From the NCBI GenBank assembly GCA_027858345.1, contig JAQICX010000182.1, positions 273 to 64,272 on the forward strand: a stretch of 64,000 nt of DNA, given 5' to 3'. The stretch comes from Kiritimatiellia bacterium. Its GTDB lineage: Bacteria > Verrucomicrobiota > Kiritimatiellia > JAQICX01. Under the pieces are notes generated by a model. It was not told the origin of the DNA, made no database searches, and saw only the letters and a list, made by a program, of their open reading frames with translations. Positions 49,812 to 60,298 of this stretch are shown here, in pieces. The first letter of the stretch is position 1. The number at the start of each line of letters is the position of its first letter. The translations under genes were made by a program, and so were the position numbers.

Positions 49812-50612
49812 ATGAATAGAATAGATAGTAAATTTTCACAACTTAAGCAGGAGAACAAAAAGGCAATAGTTCCATATATTTGCGCGGGTGATCCTAATTT
49901 GGAGACAACAGAGGATATAATTCTTGCTCTTGCGGCTAATGGTGCAGATGTAATCGAGGTTGGAGTACCTTTTTCTGATCCTATGGCAGATGGACCATCG
50001 ATTCAGTATGCATGCAAACGCGCGATTGATGCAGGAACAACTCTCAAAAAGATTTTTGAAATGGTTGTACGAATCAGAAAACAAACCGATGTGCCATTGA
50101 TTCTTTTCAGTTACTACAATGTACTTTTCAACGGTGGATTTGAAAATAATGTTAAGAAAGCCAAAGAAATCGGCATTGATGGAATGCTGATTGTAGATGT
50201 TCCTTATGAAGAGTATGACGAAGTTGAACCAATATTGAAAGCAAACGATGTGCATCTTATCAGGTTAGTTGCTCCAACAACAGACGGAGAACGTCTTGAG
50301 AGAATTCTTAAAGATGCGGCTGGTTTTGTATATTGCATTACCGTTAAAGGAGTTACGGGCGCCAGAGCTGAACTGCCTGCCGATTTACAGGAACGACTTG
50401 AAAAGATTCAAAACTTATCTAAAGCACCAATTGTTGCTGGTTTTGGAATATCTTCAGGCGACATGGCAAAGCCAATTGCTAAGCATTCTGATGGTGTTGT
50501 TGTCGGCAGTGCTTTTGTGAATCGAATTGAGAAGTCTGACACTAAAGAAGAGGCAGTTAGCTCATGTCTGGAGCTTCTAGAAGATTTAAAACGAGGAGTT
50601 TCTCCTGCGTAA
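49812..50612 (+). CDS. trpA: Tryptophan synthase alpha subunit (stand-alone, no trpB adjacent)
   Basis: 266 aa; …IPYICAGDPNLETT…, …GADVIEVGVPFSDPMADGP…, …GFGIS… TrpA motifs. Confidence 0.9.
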   Translation: MNRIDSKFSQLKQENKKAIVPYICAGDPNLETTEDIILALAANGADVIEVGVPFSDPMADGPSIQYACKRAIDAGTTLKKIFEMVVRIRKQTDVPLILFSYYNVLFNGGFENNVKKAKEIGIDGMLIVDVPYEEYDEVEPILKANDVHLIRLVAPTTDGERLERILKDAAGFVYCITVKGVTGARAELPADLQERLEKIQNLSKAPIVAGFGISSGDMAKPIAKHSDGVVVGSAFVNRIEKSDTKEEAVSSCLELLEDLKRGVSPA

Positions 50613-50639
50613 GTGAGGACTGCTAAGAGCAAAAGTGAT

Positions 50640-50745
50640 GGTTTACAAGGAAGTACCCCTCCCACCTCGCAAGCGAGGTGACCTCCTCCCGCCTTGCGGG
50701 ACTAGCAAAGCCAGCCGGGGAGGAGCTTTGGCGGACTAAGGTTGA
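50640..50745. repeat. Inverted-orientation copy of stacked-hairpin repeat family 2
   Basis: Reverse complement reads ttagtccgccaaagCTCCTCCCCGGCTGGCTTTGCTAGTCCCGCAAGGCGGGAGGAGGTCACCTCGCTTGCGAGGTGGGAGGGGTACTTCC. Confidence 0.8.
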
Positions 50746-50807
50746 TTTGCAGTTTCCCGCGCCGAGGCGACGAGGCTATCCCGCCTTACGGGACTAGCAA
50801 AGCTAGC

Positions 50808-50957
50808 TGTGAACTTTGCAGGTTGACGGTTAAACTGTAGTTTCACCCTGTAGCCGAGTACCGTGGGCTCGGGAAAAAAGTTGAATCAGGGAATTAACGC
50901 TTAGCAACTTTTAGTCGTGAGTCCTGAGTCGTGAGTCACATTGACATATAACATAGG
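50808..50957. repeat. Second copy of the ~150-bp composite hairpin repeat (family 1 long form)
   Basis: About 88% identical to 43631-43787; hairpin stem here CCGAG…CTCGG instead of CCGACCTC…GAGGTCGG. Confidence 0.8.
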
Positions 50958-51044
50958 GGGCTAGCGTTGCTATCCCGCAAAGCGGGATCTGAAAAGTGCA
51001 TGAAATTTTTGAGAGAATAGAGATCAAAAATCAAGGAGAAGAAA

Positions 51045-52619
51045 ATGCCAGATAACAAAAGAGAGCATTGGGGAAGCAGTTTAGGGTTTATTCTTGCTGC
51101 AGCCGGATCAGCAGTGGGACTAGGTAACATTTGGAAATTTCCTTATGTTACAGGCGAAAACGGTGGTGGAGCTTTTGTTTTAATATATCTTTTATGCATT
51201 TTGTTGATTGGCTTTCCTCTCATGCTTGCAGAGCTTACTATTGGTAGAAAAACCCAGAAAAATCCTATTGGTGCATTTCGTGATCTCATGCCAAAAAACT
51301 GTATGGTTGCACATCTTATCGGCATTGCTGTTGGTTTTACAGGCTTACTGCTATTTGCTTTTAAGCAATGGGGCTGGGGAACAATCTTCATACTGCTATC
51401 TGTGGCAATCTTCAAGCTTGGCTGGAGTATTGTTGGTTACATGGGAGTTTTTTGCGGTTTTGTTATTCTATCTTTCTACAGTGTTGTTGGAGGATGGGTA
51501 ATTGGGTATATTGTTGAAATCTTAAGAGGTACAATCAACTTTGAAACCACAGCGCAGGCCAAAGATTTTTTTGTTGGCAACATCGGCAATCCTGTCTGGT
51601 CAGTTAGCTATCACATAATTTTTATGATAGCATGTATTGCTCTTGTTATGTCCGGATTAAAAAAGGGTATTGAACTATCTTCTAAAATATTAATGCCAGT
51701 ATTGCTTGGCCTATTAATCATTCTTATTATTCGTGGAATCTCTCTGCCTGGAGCAAAAGCGGGAATTACCTTTTATCTATCACCCGATTTTTCAAAAATA
51801 ACTGGTGAAACTGTTTTAATTGCCTTGGGACATGCATTTTTCTCACTTAGTCTAGGTATGGGGGCAATATTAACATATGGTAGTTATCTTGATAAAAAAC
51901 AGAATCTTTACAAATCTACCCTATCTATTGTTGCTTTAGACACTATTATTGCTCTATTAGCTGGATTAGCAATGTTTCCTGCTGTGTTTGCTTATGGAGG
52001 TTCACCAGAAGCTGGACCAGGCTTAGTCTTTCAAGTTATACCAACTGTTTTTAATAAAATGCCCGCGGGGAGTTTCTGGATATTTGTCTTTTTCTTCCTA
52101 ATTTTCATTGCGGCACTAACCTCTGCAATCAGCTTACTGGAAGTTGTGACATCTGCCATGATGGATGAACTTAAGTTTTCCAGACACTTAGCCACATTGA
52201 CTAGCGGTATTCTAATTATTCTGCTGGGACTGCTCTCTGCAGTCAGCGTTACAGGCTGGGAAAACATTCCTTGGGTAGAGACTGTTATGGTCAAATTGTT
52301 CAACTGCAAGCAAGGCAACTTTTTTGATGTTGCAGATAATCTTGCATCAAACTGGTTATTGCCACTTGGGGGTATGTTTATTTCAATATTCACTGGCTGG
52401 ATTTGGGGAACAACTTATGCCATTAAAGAAATTAGAGAAGGGTCTCCTGAATTTGCAAATGTGAACATTTTTGTACTGCTAGCTGGCTTAAAAGATGATC
52501 CAAAGCACAATCCGGAAAAGGTAACATGGACTCTTGCAACAACATGGGGCATTTTTATTCGGTTCTTGTCGCCAGTTGCTGTAACCATTGCTTTCTTATA
52601 CACAATCGGCTGGATATAA
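51045..52619 (+). CDS. Sodium-dependent transporter, SNF (neurotransmitter:sodium symporter) family
   Basis: 524 aa; hallmark …GLGNIWKFPYVTGENGGGAF… and 11-12 TM helices. Confidence 0.85.
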   Translation: MPDNKREHWGSSLGFILAAAGSAVGLGNIWKFPYVTGENGGGAFVLIYLLCILLIGFPLMLAELTIGRKTQKNPIGAFRDLMPKNCMVAHLIGIAVGFTGLLLFAFKQWGWGTIFILLSVAIFKLGWSIVGYMGVFCGFVILSFYSVVGGWVIGYIVEILRGTINFETTAQAKDFFVGNIGNPVWSVSYHIIFMIACIALVMSGLKKGIELSSKILMPVLLGLLIILIIRGISLPGAKAGITFYLSPDFSKITGETVLIALGHAFFSLSLGMGAILTYGSYLDKKQNLYKSTLSIVALDTIIALLAGLAMFPAVFAYGGSPEAGPGLVFQVIPTVFNKMPAGSFWIFVFFFLIFIAALTSAISLLEVVTSAMMDELKFSRHLATLTSGILIILLGLLSAVSVTGWENIPWVETVMVKLFNCKQGNFFDVADNLASNWLLPLGGMFISIFTGWIWGTTYAIKEIREGSPEFANVNIFVLLAGLKDDPKHNPEKVTWTLATTWGIFIRFLSPVAVTIAFLYTIGWI

Positions 52620-52670
52620 TGAATTGTGAATTGTAAATGCTGAATTATGAATTGAGGAAAATATCTTCAA

Positions 52671-53456
52671 TTAGGCAGTCAAAACGATAACTGCCAGTCC
52701 TGCAAAGATGCAGTATATGCCAAAATACCAAAACTTATTTGCACAAAGTATCTTCACCAGCAATTTTATTGCAAACAATCCAACAACTGCAGAAACAAAA
52801 AAACCAACAAGCATGGCAACTAAACTTACATCCCCTGTTGCCTCTCCACCTATTAAATCTTTAGCTCCAAGAAGTGTTGCAGCCAAAAGAAGCGGGATTG
52901 ACATAAGAAATGAAAACTCTGCTGCTTTTGCCGGCTCAATCTTTAGGTGTCTTGCCATTGTAATTGTGCTGCCGGATCTACTAATACCAGGCAGCATTGC
53001 AAATGATTGAGCTATGCCGATTAACAGAGATTTTGGAATAGTCAAAACTGACTTACCTTTGGGAGCAAGAAGCTGCGAGATAAGAACTAGACCTGTTACG
53101 CAAAGCATAATACCAACCGCACCTGGATTATCAAAAAAGGATTCAATCTTCTCTTCCAGGAAAATAAATGCCAAAAATGCAGGTATCATGGAAACCAATA
53201 CCCAAAGAACATATTTTCGCCCTTCACCTTCACCGCTGATGATCTCTTTTATCAGTGATAATATCTTCTTGTGATAAAAAACAAAAATTGAAAGTAGAGT
53301 TCCGGCGTGTAAGATAAGTTCTAAAAGTACCCCTGGAGAATCTAGATGAAGTACGTTTTTAGCAATAACCAGATGACCTGAACTGCTGATTGGCAAAAAT
53401 TCTGCAACCCCCTGTATGGCTGCTAAAATGATAACTTTTACAAATGATAAATCCAT
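52671..53456 (-). CDS. uppP: Undecaprenyl-diphosphatase
   Basis: 261 aa; BacA motifs …QGVAEFLPISSSGH…, …GISRSGSTI…. Confidence 0.85.
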   Translation of the reverse strand: MDLSFVKVIILAAIQGVAEFLPISSSGHLVIAKNVLHLDSPGVLLELILHAGTLLSIFVFYHKKILSLIKEIISGEGEGRKYVLWVLVSMIPAFLAFIFLEEKIESFFDNPGAVGIMLCVTGLVLISQLLAPKGKSVLTIPKSLLIGIAQSFAMLPGISRSGSTITMARHLKIEPAKAAEFSFLMSIPLLLAATLLGAKDLIGGEATGDVSLVAMLVGFFVSAVVGLFAIKLLVKILCANKFWYFGIYCIFAGLAVIVLTA

Positions 53457-53512
53457 AATGCTTATTCCTTAAAGGCAAAAAAAAGCCTCCCGCTGAAGCA
53501 AGGTTTAAAAAA

Positions 53513-53589
53513 TGGCGGGATCGACGGGACTCGAACCCGCGACATCTAGATCGACAGTCTAGGACTCTAACCAATTGAGCTACGACCCC
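53513..53589 (-). tRNA. tRNA-Asp (anticodon GUC), CCA encoded
   Basis: Reverse complement GGGGTCGTAGCTCAATTGGTTAGAGTCCTAGACTGTCGATCTAGATGTCGCGGGTTCGAGTCCCGTCGATCCCGCCA folds into cloverleaf: acceptor GGGGTCG/CGATCCC, anticodon stem CTAGA/TCTAG, loop CUGUCGA. Confidence 0.9.
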
Positions 53590-53612
53590 ATTTGCCTAAA
53601 AAACAGAGCGGT

Positions 53613-53640
53613 ATAATAGCTTTTCTATTTTATTTTGCAA
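53613..53640 (-). promoter_or_regulatory. Sigma-70-like promoter for tRNA-Asp (TTGCAA-16-TATTAT on minus strand)
   Basis: Minus-strand -35 at 53635-53640, -10 at 53613-53618, about 24 nt upstream of tRNA 5' end. Confidence 0.5.
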
Positions 53641-53772
53641 GACTTTTTTTAGTTTTTTATGTTATTTTTTTTTTATGCTTTATAATTAAGTTTTTTCTGT
53701 CAAAAAATGCACCGATTTGCTATTGTCACTACTAACCAAAATTATTAATTTATTAAAGTATGGATTTTACAA

Positions 53773-55197
53773 ATGAAAAAACAAATTAACTGTTTATTTA
53801 TGACATGTTTGTGCATGTTAATTGCAGGGTGCAGCGGCAGCTACTCTTCGTTGACAGACAATGCTTTACAAAAAATGGAGAAGCAAGAATACAACACAGC
53901 AATCAAAGACTTAATCAAGGCCCAAAAGATTGCTCCAAATTCTGCTGAAGTATACTTGAACTTAGGATTGTGCTATTGGAAACTTGGCGAACCTGAAAAA
54001 GCAAATCAGATGCTTAGTAAAGCCATGGAGCTCAACCAGACAGATAGCCAGGCATATTTGTATTGTGGCATAATATATCTTGAACAAGATCTATTAGTAC
54101 CCGCCATGAGTGCATTTAAAAACGCAAGCAGACTTAAGCCAAACTCACCAGAAATTTTCACATGGCTTGCAATTGTGGAGATGGAAAGCAAGGATCCTAT
54201 TGCCAGCAGTCTATACTTGAAACAGGCACTCTCAATTGATCCAAAATATAAACCTGCAATATACAACCTAGCAGTTGTATACAGCACTTTTGGCGATAAC
54301 CCAAAAGAGGCCGAAAAGTATTGTCAGGAATATCTTCAACTTGCTAATGGCGGAGACGCTCAAAAAGAGTTGAAAATCAGAACTTTCCTGCAGCAGATCA
54401 TCAAAAATAACTCTGCAGAACTCAATACTACACCACAGGAAAAAACTGCAAAGAGAGAAAAGTCAGACAGTTTGATTAGACAGGCAAAGCATGCAACAGA
54501 GAATGCAAACTATGATTCTGCAATTGTCTTGCTTGACCAAGCTGTCAACACTGACCCATCAAATCCAGATGCATTGTGGGAAAAGGCAGCATTCTACAAA
54601 GAAGAACTTGGCGACAATCTTGAATCTGAAAAAATTATGAACCTTTTTTACAGCAAATTTCCTGCAGATAAAAGAACTCCAAAAAATTACAGTGTTAAGA
54701 AGTCGCCACTTGAAAACATTGACTGGCATGAAGATAACAGCAAAAATGCAGAATTGGCATTTTCAAAAGGACTTGAATGCTACAGAAGGGGTCAACTTGA
54801 TGATGCTATTGAATGCTATAAAAAAGCATTGTTCTTCTCCCCTACAGACAAGCTTGCCGCATATAACCTTGGTCTGGCATACAAAAGTAAACTTGATTAT
54901 AACAATGCAGAAAAAGCATTCCAGACAACATTGAAGCTTGACCCAAATATGATTGAAGCAAAAACAATGCTTGCTGTTGTATATCGAATGCAGAAAAAAT
55001 ATCTTAACGCAGAGAAAACACTCAACAAAGTAATTGAACAAAATCCAAATTATGCTAAAGCATATTTATATCTTGGTTATGTTTATCAAGATAAAGGTGA
55101 AGCACAAAAATCTGTTGAATATTTCAAAAAATTTGTTGAGCTTGAACCCAACTCTGCTGCATCCAAGAAAATAAAAGCCTGGCTTGACACACTATGA
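53773..55197 (+). CDS. TPR-repeat lipoprotein
   Basis: 474 aa; lipobox MLIAGCSG; multiple TPR-like 34-aa repeats. Confidence 0.75.
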   Translation: MKKQINCLFMTCLCMLIAGCSGSYSSLTDNALQKMEKQEYNTAIKDLIKAQKIAPNSAEVYLNLGLCYWKLGEPEKANQMLSKAMELNQTDSQAYLYCGIIYLEQDLLVPAMSAFKNASRLKPNSPEIFTWLAIVEMESKDPIASSLYLKQALSIDPKYKPAIYNLAVVYSTFGDNPKEAEKYCQEYLQLANGGDAQKELKIRTFLQQIIKNNSAELNTTPQEKTAKREKSDSLIRQAKHATENANYDSAIVLLDQAVNTDPSNPDALWEKAAFYKEELGDNLESEKIMNLFYSKFPADKRTPKNYSVKKSPLENIDWHEDNSKNAELAFSKGLECYRRGQLDDAIECYKKALFFSPTDKLAAYNLGLAYKSKLDYNNAEKAFQTTLKLDPNMIEAKTMLAVVYRMQKKYLNAEKTLNKVIEQNPNYAKAYLYLGYVYQDKGEAQKSVEYFKKFVELEPNSAASKKIKAWLDTL

Positions 55198-55787
55198 ACC
55201 ACATCTTAGACATGTTTTCTCCAATAGACATATGTTTTTTCATATGTCTTTTGTGTGGTGCATTATGGGGAATGTTCAAAGGTCTAAGTGGCGAACTTGC
55301 TCAATTGATTTCAACAATAATATGTTTCTTTTTATCAATTAAACTAACACCTTATGCGGCAGATATACTGGAAAAGTTCACAAAACTCACTAGAGACAAT
55401 GCTCTCTTGATTGCAATTATTATTGTGGTTTTTTGTTGTTTTCTACTTATGTTTCTTTTAAGAAAACTATTCAAAAAGGTTTTAAAAGTTGTCATTGAGG
55501 TTCGTTATGACAAGTTTTTAGGCTTCATAGCCGGCATTGTGCATTACAGTATAATATTGATTATTCTTATAGTCATCATGGGGCTTATGCCATCAACCAC
55601 AATTCACAGAATCTTTGTAGAGGAATCATTCGTAGGGACAAATGTTATGAAACTGTTTCCAAAGGTTAAAACCGTTATTGAGGAAAGGTCTAATATAACT
55701 CTTCCTGAAGAAAGCATATCAGATGATGACAAACCTACAGATAGAGAAAAGCCCAAGCGAGCTTTCATAAAAAATAGCAATGAGTAA
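55194..55787 (+). CDS. cvpA: CvpA-family membrane protein (colicin V production protein-like)
   Basis: 197 aa, 4 hydrophobic helices, ATGA overlap with upstream gene; family assignment by architecture only. Confidence 0.5.
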   Translation: MNHILDMFSPIDICFFICLLCGALWGMFKGLSGELAQLISTIICFFLSIKLTPYAADILEKFTKLTRDNALLIAIIIVVFCCFLLMFLLRKLFKKVLKVVIEVRYDKFLGFIAGIVHYSIILIILIVIMGLMPSTTIHRIFVEESFVGTNVMKLFPKVKTVIEERSNITLPEESISDDDKPTDREKPKRAFIKNSNE

Positions 55788-55803
55788 TATTGAAAGATAA
55801 ATA

Positions 55804-57645
55804 ATGGCAGGTATAACAGAAGAGTGTATTGCTGAAATACGCAACAGAGCAGACATTGTTGATGTCATAGGCTCATATATTCAGCTCTCAAAAGCAGGCT
55901 CTACATACAAGGCCTGTTGTCCTTTTCATAAAGAAAAAACTCCATCTTTCAATGTTAATCCAAACATGCAGATCTTTAAATGTTTTGGCTGTGGAAAAGC
56001 GGGTAATGTTTTCTCGTTTATTATGGAATATGAGGGACTCGATTTCCTAAGCACAGTAAAAATGCTTGCCGATAAAACAGGTGTTGAGATTAAATACAAC
56101 AAAGGATACAGACCCAAAGGCGAGGGCGAAAAAAGCGATCTATATCAAGTAAATAAAAAAGTTGCCGAGTTTTACTATTCATGTTTGAGCTCTGACAAAG
56201 GGAAACCTGCCGTAGACTACCTAAAAAGCAGGGAAATCACAGGCGAAATGGCAAAGGAATTTACCATTGGCTATGCACCAGAAGGTTGGGACACACTAAT
56301 TAATTGGGCAAAATCACAAAAAATTACTGAACAAGATCTGGATAAATTAGGGCTGCTGTCACAATCTGAAAAGTCAGACCATCAATATGACAGATTCAGA
56401 AACAGACTCATGTTCACCATACACGATGATCAGGGACGTGTTGTGGGATTTAGCGGCAGAATTCTTGAGGGATCAAAAGAAAAGGCAAAATACGTCAACA
56501 CACCTCAAACCCCAATATTTTACAAAAGCAAACTTCTATATGGACTACACAAAGCCAGGAGAGCTATCTTAGACAAACAGGATGCAATCATTTGCGAGGG
56601 GCAAATTGATGTTATTCGCTGTCATAGCGCAGGATTCCAAAATGCAATTGCATCACAAGGAACAGCGTTCACAGAAGAGCATGCAGACAAACTTAAAAGA
56701 TATACAGATGCGGTAACAATTGTATTTGACTCAGATAGTGCCGGCAAACAGGCGACCATAAAGACAGCCAGAATATTTATAAAGGCTGGCATGGCTGTCA
56801 GAGCAGCCATTGTTCCAGAGGGCGAAGATCCAGACTCCTATATCCTAAAAAATGGTCAAGAAGGCTTCCAAAAGCTGCTTGATGAAGCAATGTCAATTGT
56901 CAGCTTTCAATATAACTACTTCAGAACCATTGAAGATATAACAACAGATGTTGGAATGATGCGAGCCTCAAAACAGATTATGGAAACCATAAACATCAGC
57001 ACAAGTGAAATACAAAAAGCAAAAATGAGTCTGGAGGCTGCCGAACTATTGAACATACCACTAAGTGCTCTGCAAAGTGACCTCAAGTTTAGGGTTCAAG
57101 GAACATATACTCCACCTCCAAAAAAACAGGCAAAGAGAGAAACAAGAATCTTAAATCCTCAAACGCTTCAACCTCTTCCATATGACGAAAAATCAATATG
57201 TGAAATCATTGCAAGCAATTTTGACAATGCAGAAGTTCATGCACTGGTGCGTGACTACCTCCCAAATGCAATAATATTATCCCCTGTAACCAAAAAATTC
57301 ATCGATGCGGCACTATGGGCTCATGAAAGTGATGAAGACATTCAGGATCTTTTAGCCGAAGATGCAGACAACCAGCAACTAATGACACATTTTTCTGCAA
57401 CAATGTTTATGGAACCAAACAAGTTTGCAAACACAGAAGCAACTGCTGTCAGTGCAACACAACTGTTAATCATTGCAATCTGGAAAAAGTATTTTCAGCA
57501 TCAGTATGCAACCCTGCAAAACAATTACAGACCTGAAGATGATAAAAAACGCTCCCAATTGACGTATGATAAAAACAATATGACATCATGGGAAACCGCC
57601 GAACCAATAATAAAAATTGCCTTCGAAAAAATCGCACTCGATTGA
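55804..57645 (+). CDS. dnaG: DNA primase
   Basis: 613 aa; zinc-binding CPFHKEKTPSFNVNPNMQIFKCFGCGKAG, TOPRIM …EGQIDVI…. Confidence 0.9.
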   Translation: MAGITEECIAEIRNRADIVDVIGSYIQLSKAGSTYKACCPFHKEKTPSFNVNPNMQIFKCFGCGKAGNVFSFIMEYEGLDFLSTVKMLADKTGVEIKYNKGYRPKGEGEKSDLYQVNKKVAEFYYSCLSSDKGKPAVDYLKSREITGEMAKEFTIGYAPEGWDTLINWAKSQKITEQDLDKLGLLSQSEKSDHQYDRFRNRLMFTIHDDQGRVVGFSGRILEGSKEKAKYVNTPQTPIFYKSKLLYGLHKARRAILDKQDAIICEGQIDVIRCHSAGFQNAIASQGTAFTEEHADKLKRYTDAVTIVFDSDSAGKQATIKTARIFIKAGMAVRAAIVPEGEDPDSYILKNGQEGFQKLLDEAMSIVSFQYNYFRTIEDITTDVGMMRASKQIMETINISTSEIQKAKMSLEAAELLNIPLSALQSDLKFRVQGTYTPPPKKQAKRETRILNPQTLQPLPYDEKSICEIIASNFDNAEVHALVRDYLPNAIILSPVTKKFIDAALWAHESDEDIQDLLAEDADNQQLMTHFSATMFMEPNKFANTEATAVSATQLLIIAIWKKYFQHQYATLQNNYRPEDDKKRSQLTYDKNNMTSWETAEPIIKIAFEKIALD

Positions 57646-57721
57646 AAAAAGCTTAACACAAATGGTCACGAAAGCAGCAAGACCAAGTTCAGGCGACGGG
57701 TTAAAAGGTAGACACAAGGCC

Positions 57722-57750
57722 AAAAAAAAGGGTAGACAAAAGGCCTACCC
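57722..57750 (-). terminator. Rho-independent terminator downstream of asd (probably bidirectional between convergent dnaG and asd)
   Basis: Minus-strand GGGTAGGCC-ttttgt-CTACCC followed by U8 (plus A8 57722-57729). Confidence 0.7.
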
Positions 57751-57765
57751 GTACATACGATATTT

Positions 57766-58782
57766 TTATATGTCGTCTGTTTTAACAAGAACTTCAGCAA
57801 TCTGAACTGCATTAAGGGCTGCACCCTTTTTGATTTGATCGCCAACGCACCAGTATGTCAAGCCATTAGGATTTGATATGTCTTTTCTGATTCGACCAAC
57901 AAAAACATCATCTTCGCTGGCACAGAAAAGTGGCATTGGGTATTGACCCTCGGCAGGATTATCAAGCAAAGTAACACCTTCAGCAGCTTCCATGGCAGCT
58001 TTAACATCACTAATTGAAAGTTCATCTTCTGTTTCAAGCCAAATTGATTCTGAGTGGTTTCTCATCACTGGAATTCTGACACATGTTGCACTAACCTCAA
58101 TATCTGACTCCATGATTTTCTTTGTTTCATGAAACATCTTCATCTCTTCTTTAGTGTAGCCATTATCTGTGAAAACGTCAACCTGTGGAATAATGTTCAT
58201 AGCAAGCTGATGCGAAAACTTTTCAACAGTAGGTTTTTCGCCATTAGCAAGCTGCTTAAATTGATTTTCAAGTTCAGCCATACCCTGAGCACCAGCACCA
58301 CTAGCTGCCTGATAGGTTGCAACATGCACTTTTTTGATGTGTGAAAGCTTTTCAATTGGTTTCAATGTAACAACCATCTGGATTGTTGTGCAATTTGGGT
58401 TTGCTATAATATTGCGAGGACGATTCCTGCAAGCTTCAGGATTTACTTCCGGAACAACAAGCGGTACATCTGCATCCATGCGAAATGCACTTGAGTTGTC
58501 AATCATAACAGCACCATGCTTTGTTATTGTCTCTGCAAAATCTTTTGAAGTTTGACCACCGGCTGATGTCAAAGCAATATCAATTCCTTTGAAATCATCA
58601 TTATGGCATAGTTCTTTTACTGTAATCTCTTTACCCTGAAAAGTATATTTCTTCCCAGCACTACGTGAGCTACCAAATAATACCAATTCTTCAATTGGGA
58701 AATTTCGCTCATCTAATACTTTTAAAAATTCCTGCCCGACAGCTCCGCTGACGCCTACAATTGCTACTCTATATTTTTTCAT
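57766..58782 (-). CDS. asd: Aspartate-semialdehyde dehydrogenase
   Basis: 338 aa; [26 protein letters not shown] motif, active-site …[10 protein letters not shown]…. Confidence 0.9.
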   Translation of the reverse strand: MKKYRVAIVGVSGAVGQEFLKVLDERNFPIEELVLFGSSRSAGKKYTFQGKEITVKELCHNDDFKGIDIALTSAGGQTSKDFAETITKHGAVMIDNSSAFRMDADVPLVVPEVNPEACRNRPRNIIANPNCTTIQMVVTLKPIEKLSHIKKVHVATYQAASGAGAQGMAELENQFKQLANGEKPTVEKFSHQLAMNIIPQVDVFTDNGYTKEEMKMFHETKKIMESDIEVSATCVRIPVMRNHSESIWLETEDELSISDVKAAMEAAEGVTLLDNPAEGQYPMPLFCASEDDVFVGRIRKDISNPNGLTYWCVGDQIKKGAALNAVQIAEVLVKTDDI

Positions 58783-59133
58783 TTTAATTCCTTAATAAAT
58801 TATTTGCACCTCTGGCACATCAAACATAAACCGTAAATCTTCTTTTTTGTCATAAAAGGTGTATAAAATAATAACTGATAACGAATTATGCAAGCAAATT
58901 CTTGTTTTTTTTATAAAAAAACATTGATTTAGAAAAAACAAAGATATATAATTTATGTATTGTATACTTCTGTGACAGGTGCAAGACAAGAGGTTTTAAT
59001 AAAAGCTGACGACCTCCCTAAAACTACATCCGACCGAGAATTTGCTAAAGACCTTCGCTTTCGGTGGAGGATGCGAACGTGGATTTGGGTCAACAAAAAC
59101 AGGGAGTGAGATTTCATTTTTTATTTCTTTGAG

Positions 59134-59398
59134 TGATAAATCTGAAATATATGTTTTCAAGGCGGGGTCATCAGTCTTCGCCCAGCTATTAACAATATAA
59201 TAAATCTTGTTAGTAGCTGGGCTACGCCAGACGCAGCGTACTTTGAAGGTAAACCCTACAAACCACCTGCGAAGCAACCTTTTAGCTTTAATTTCAGCAT
59301 CCGTAACTTTCTTGTCACGCCGTAGTCTGGAACAGCGAAGGAGGAAGGGTCGGGGTGCTTCACCCCGCCGAAAAAGGTATTCAACCGAAAAATCAAGG
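59134..59398 (+). ncRNA. Copy 2 of the paired structured repeat (candidate sRNA gene/MITE), with ~35-nt internal insertion relative to copy 1
   Basis: 59161-59262 identical to 41301-41402; conserved upstream TGATAAAT (59134-59141) and downstream GGTATTCAACCGAAAAATCAAGGA; overlapping ORFs 58996..59277(-) and 59207..59428(+) judged spurious. Confidence 0.45.
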
Positions 59399-59414
59399 AA
59401 AGAATCAATTGATG

Positions 59415-59443
59415 TAATTCTCGATTGAACACCACTTTGTTTT
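59415..59443 (+). promoter_or_regulatory. Strong sigma-70 promoter TTGAAC-17-(TGtGc)TATAAT for pyrF
   Basis: -35 59415-59420, extended -10 59433-59443. Confidence 0.6.
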
Positions 59444-59482
59444 GTGCTATAATATACCCAAAATTATAAAGAGGAAATAATT

Positions 59483-60178
59483 ATGAGTTTAATTGTTGCA
59501 CTAGACGTGCCGACATCTTCGGAGATACCAAAAATTGTGGAATCACTACCGGAAGAGATTGATTTTTACAAAGTTGGCTTAGAAATTTTCACAGCCGAAG
59601 GACCAAAAGCGCTGGAATACCTACAAAAGAAAAATAAGAAGATTTTTCTAGATTTAAAGTTACATGACATTCCAAGAACGGTTGCCCATGCGGTGACATC
59701 AGCTGCGAAACACAATGTTGGACTCTTAACAGTTCATGCGTGTGGTGGTCGAGCAATGCTGGAAGCGGCAGCTGAGGCAGCGGCAAAATTTGGAGATAAG
59801 GCGCCAAAGCTACTTGCGATAACAACCCTTACAAGTTTGGATCAAAGTGATTTGACGGATCTTGGAATTCAGAGAAGTGTTGCGGAGCACACTGCTGCAA
59901 TGGGAAAACTGGCAATTGACTGCGGAATTGACGGACTGGTCTGCTCTGCACTTGAAGTGGGTGCCTTTAGAGAAACCCTTGGACCAGAACCAATACTAGT
60001 GACACCTGGCATTCGTCCTTCAGGAGGAAGCGTTGGAGACCAGAAACGTGTTGCAACACCAACATCAGCAATTCAAGATGGTTCAAGCTATCTAGTGGTT
60101 GGTCGCCCAATTGTGAAGGCAGAAAATCCTTTTGAAGCCGCAACTCAAATTCTTGAGGAAATTAAGAACGCCAAATAA
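59483..60178 (+). CDS. pyrF: Orotidine-5'-phosphate decarboxylase
   Basis: 231 aa; …IFLDLKLHDIPRTV…, …VHACGG… motifs. Confidence 0.9.
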   Translation: MSLIVALDVPTSSEIPKIVESLPEEIDFYKVGLEIFTAEGPKALEYLQKKNKKIFLDLKLHDIPRTVAHAVTSAAKHNVGLLTVHACGGRAMLEAAAEAAAKFGDKAPKLLAITTLTSLDQSDLTDLGIQRSVAEHTAAMGKLAIDCGIDGLVCSALEVGAFRETLGPEPILVTPGIRPSGGSVGDQKRVATPTSAIQDGSSYLVVGRPIVKAENPFEAATQILEEIKNAK

Positions 60179-60298
60179 TTTTATGTTATTGGGTTTGTCT
60201 TATCGGTTTTTCTTGCTCTAAAGTGACAAATTTGTTATATTCGTCACCCTTAATAAAGAAAACACAAAGAACACACAACAGATGAAGGAAGTATTATT

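Noticed and set aside
52620-52670. Tandem TGAATTG-like repeats between convergent SNF transporter and uppP
   Set aside because: Only 4 short degenerate units in an AT-rich spacer; could be chance, no hairpin/terminator structure.
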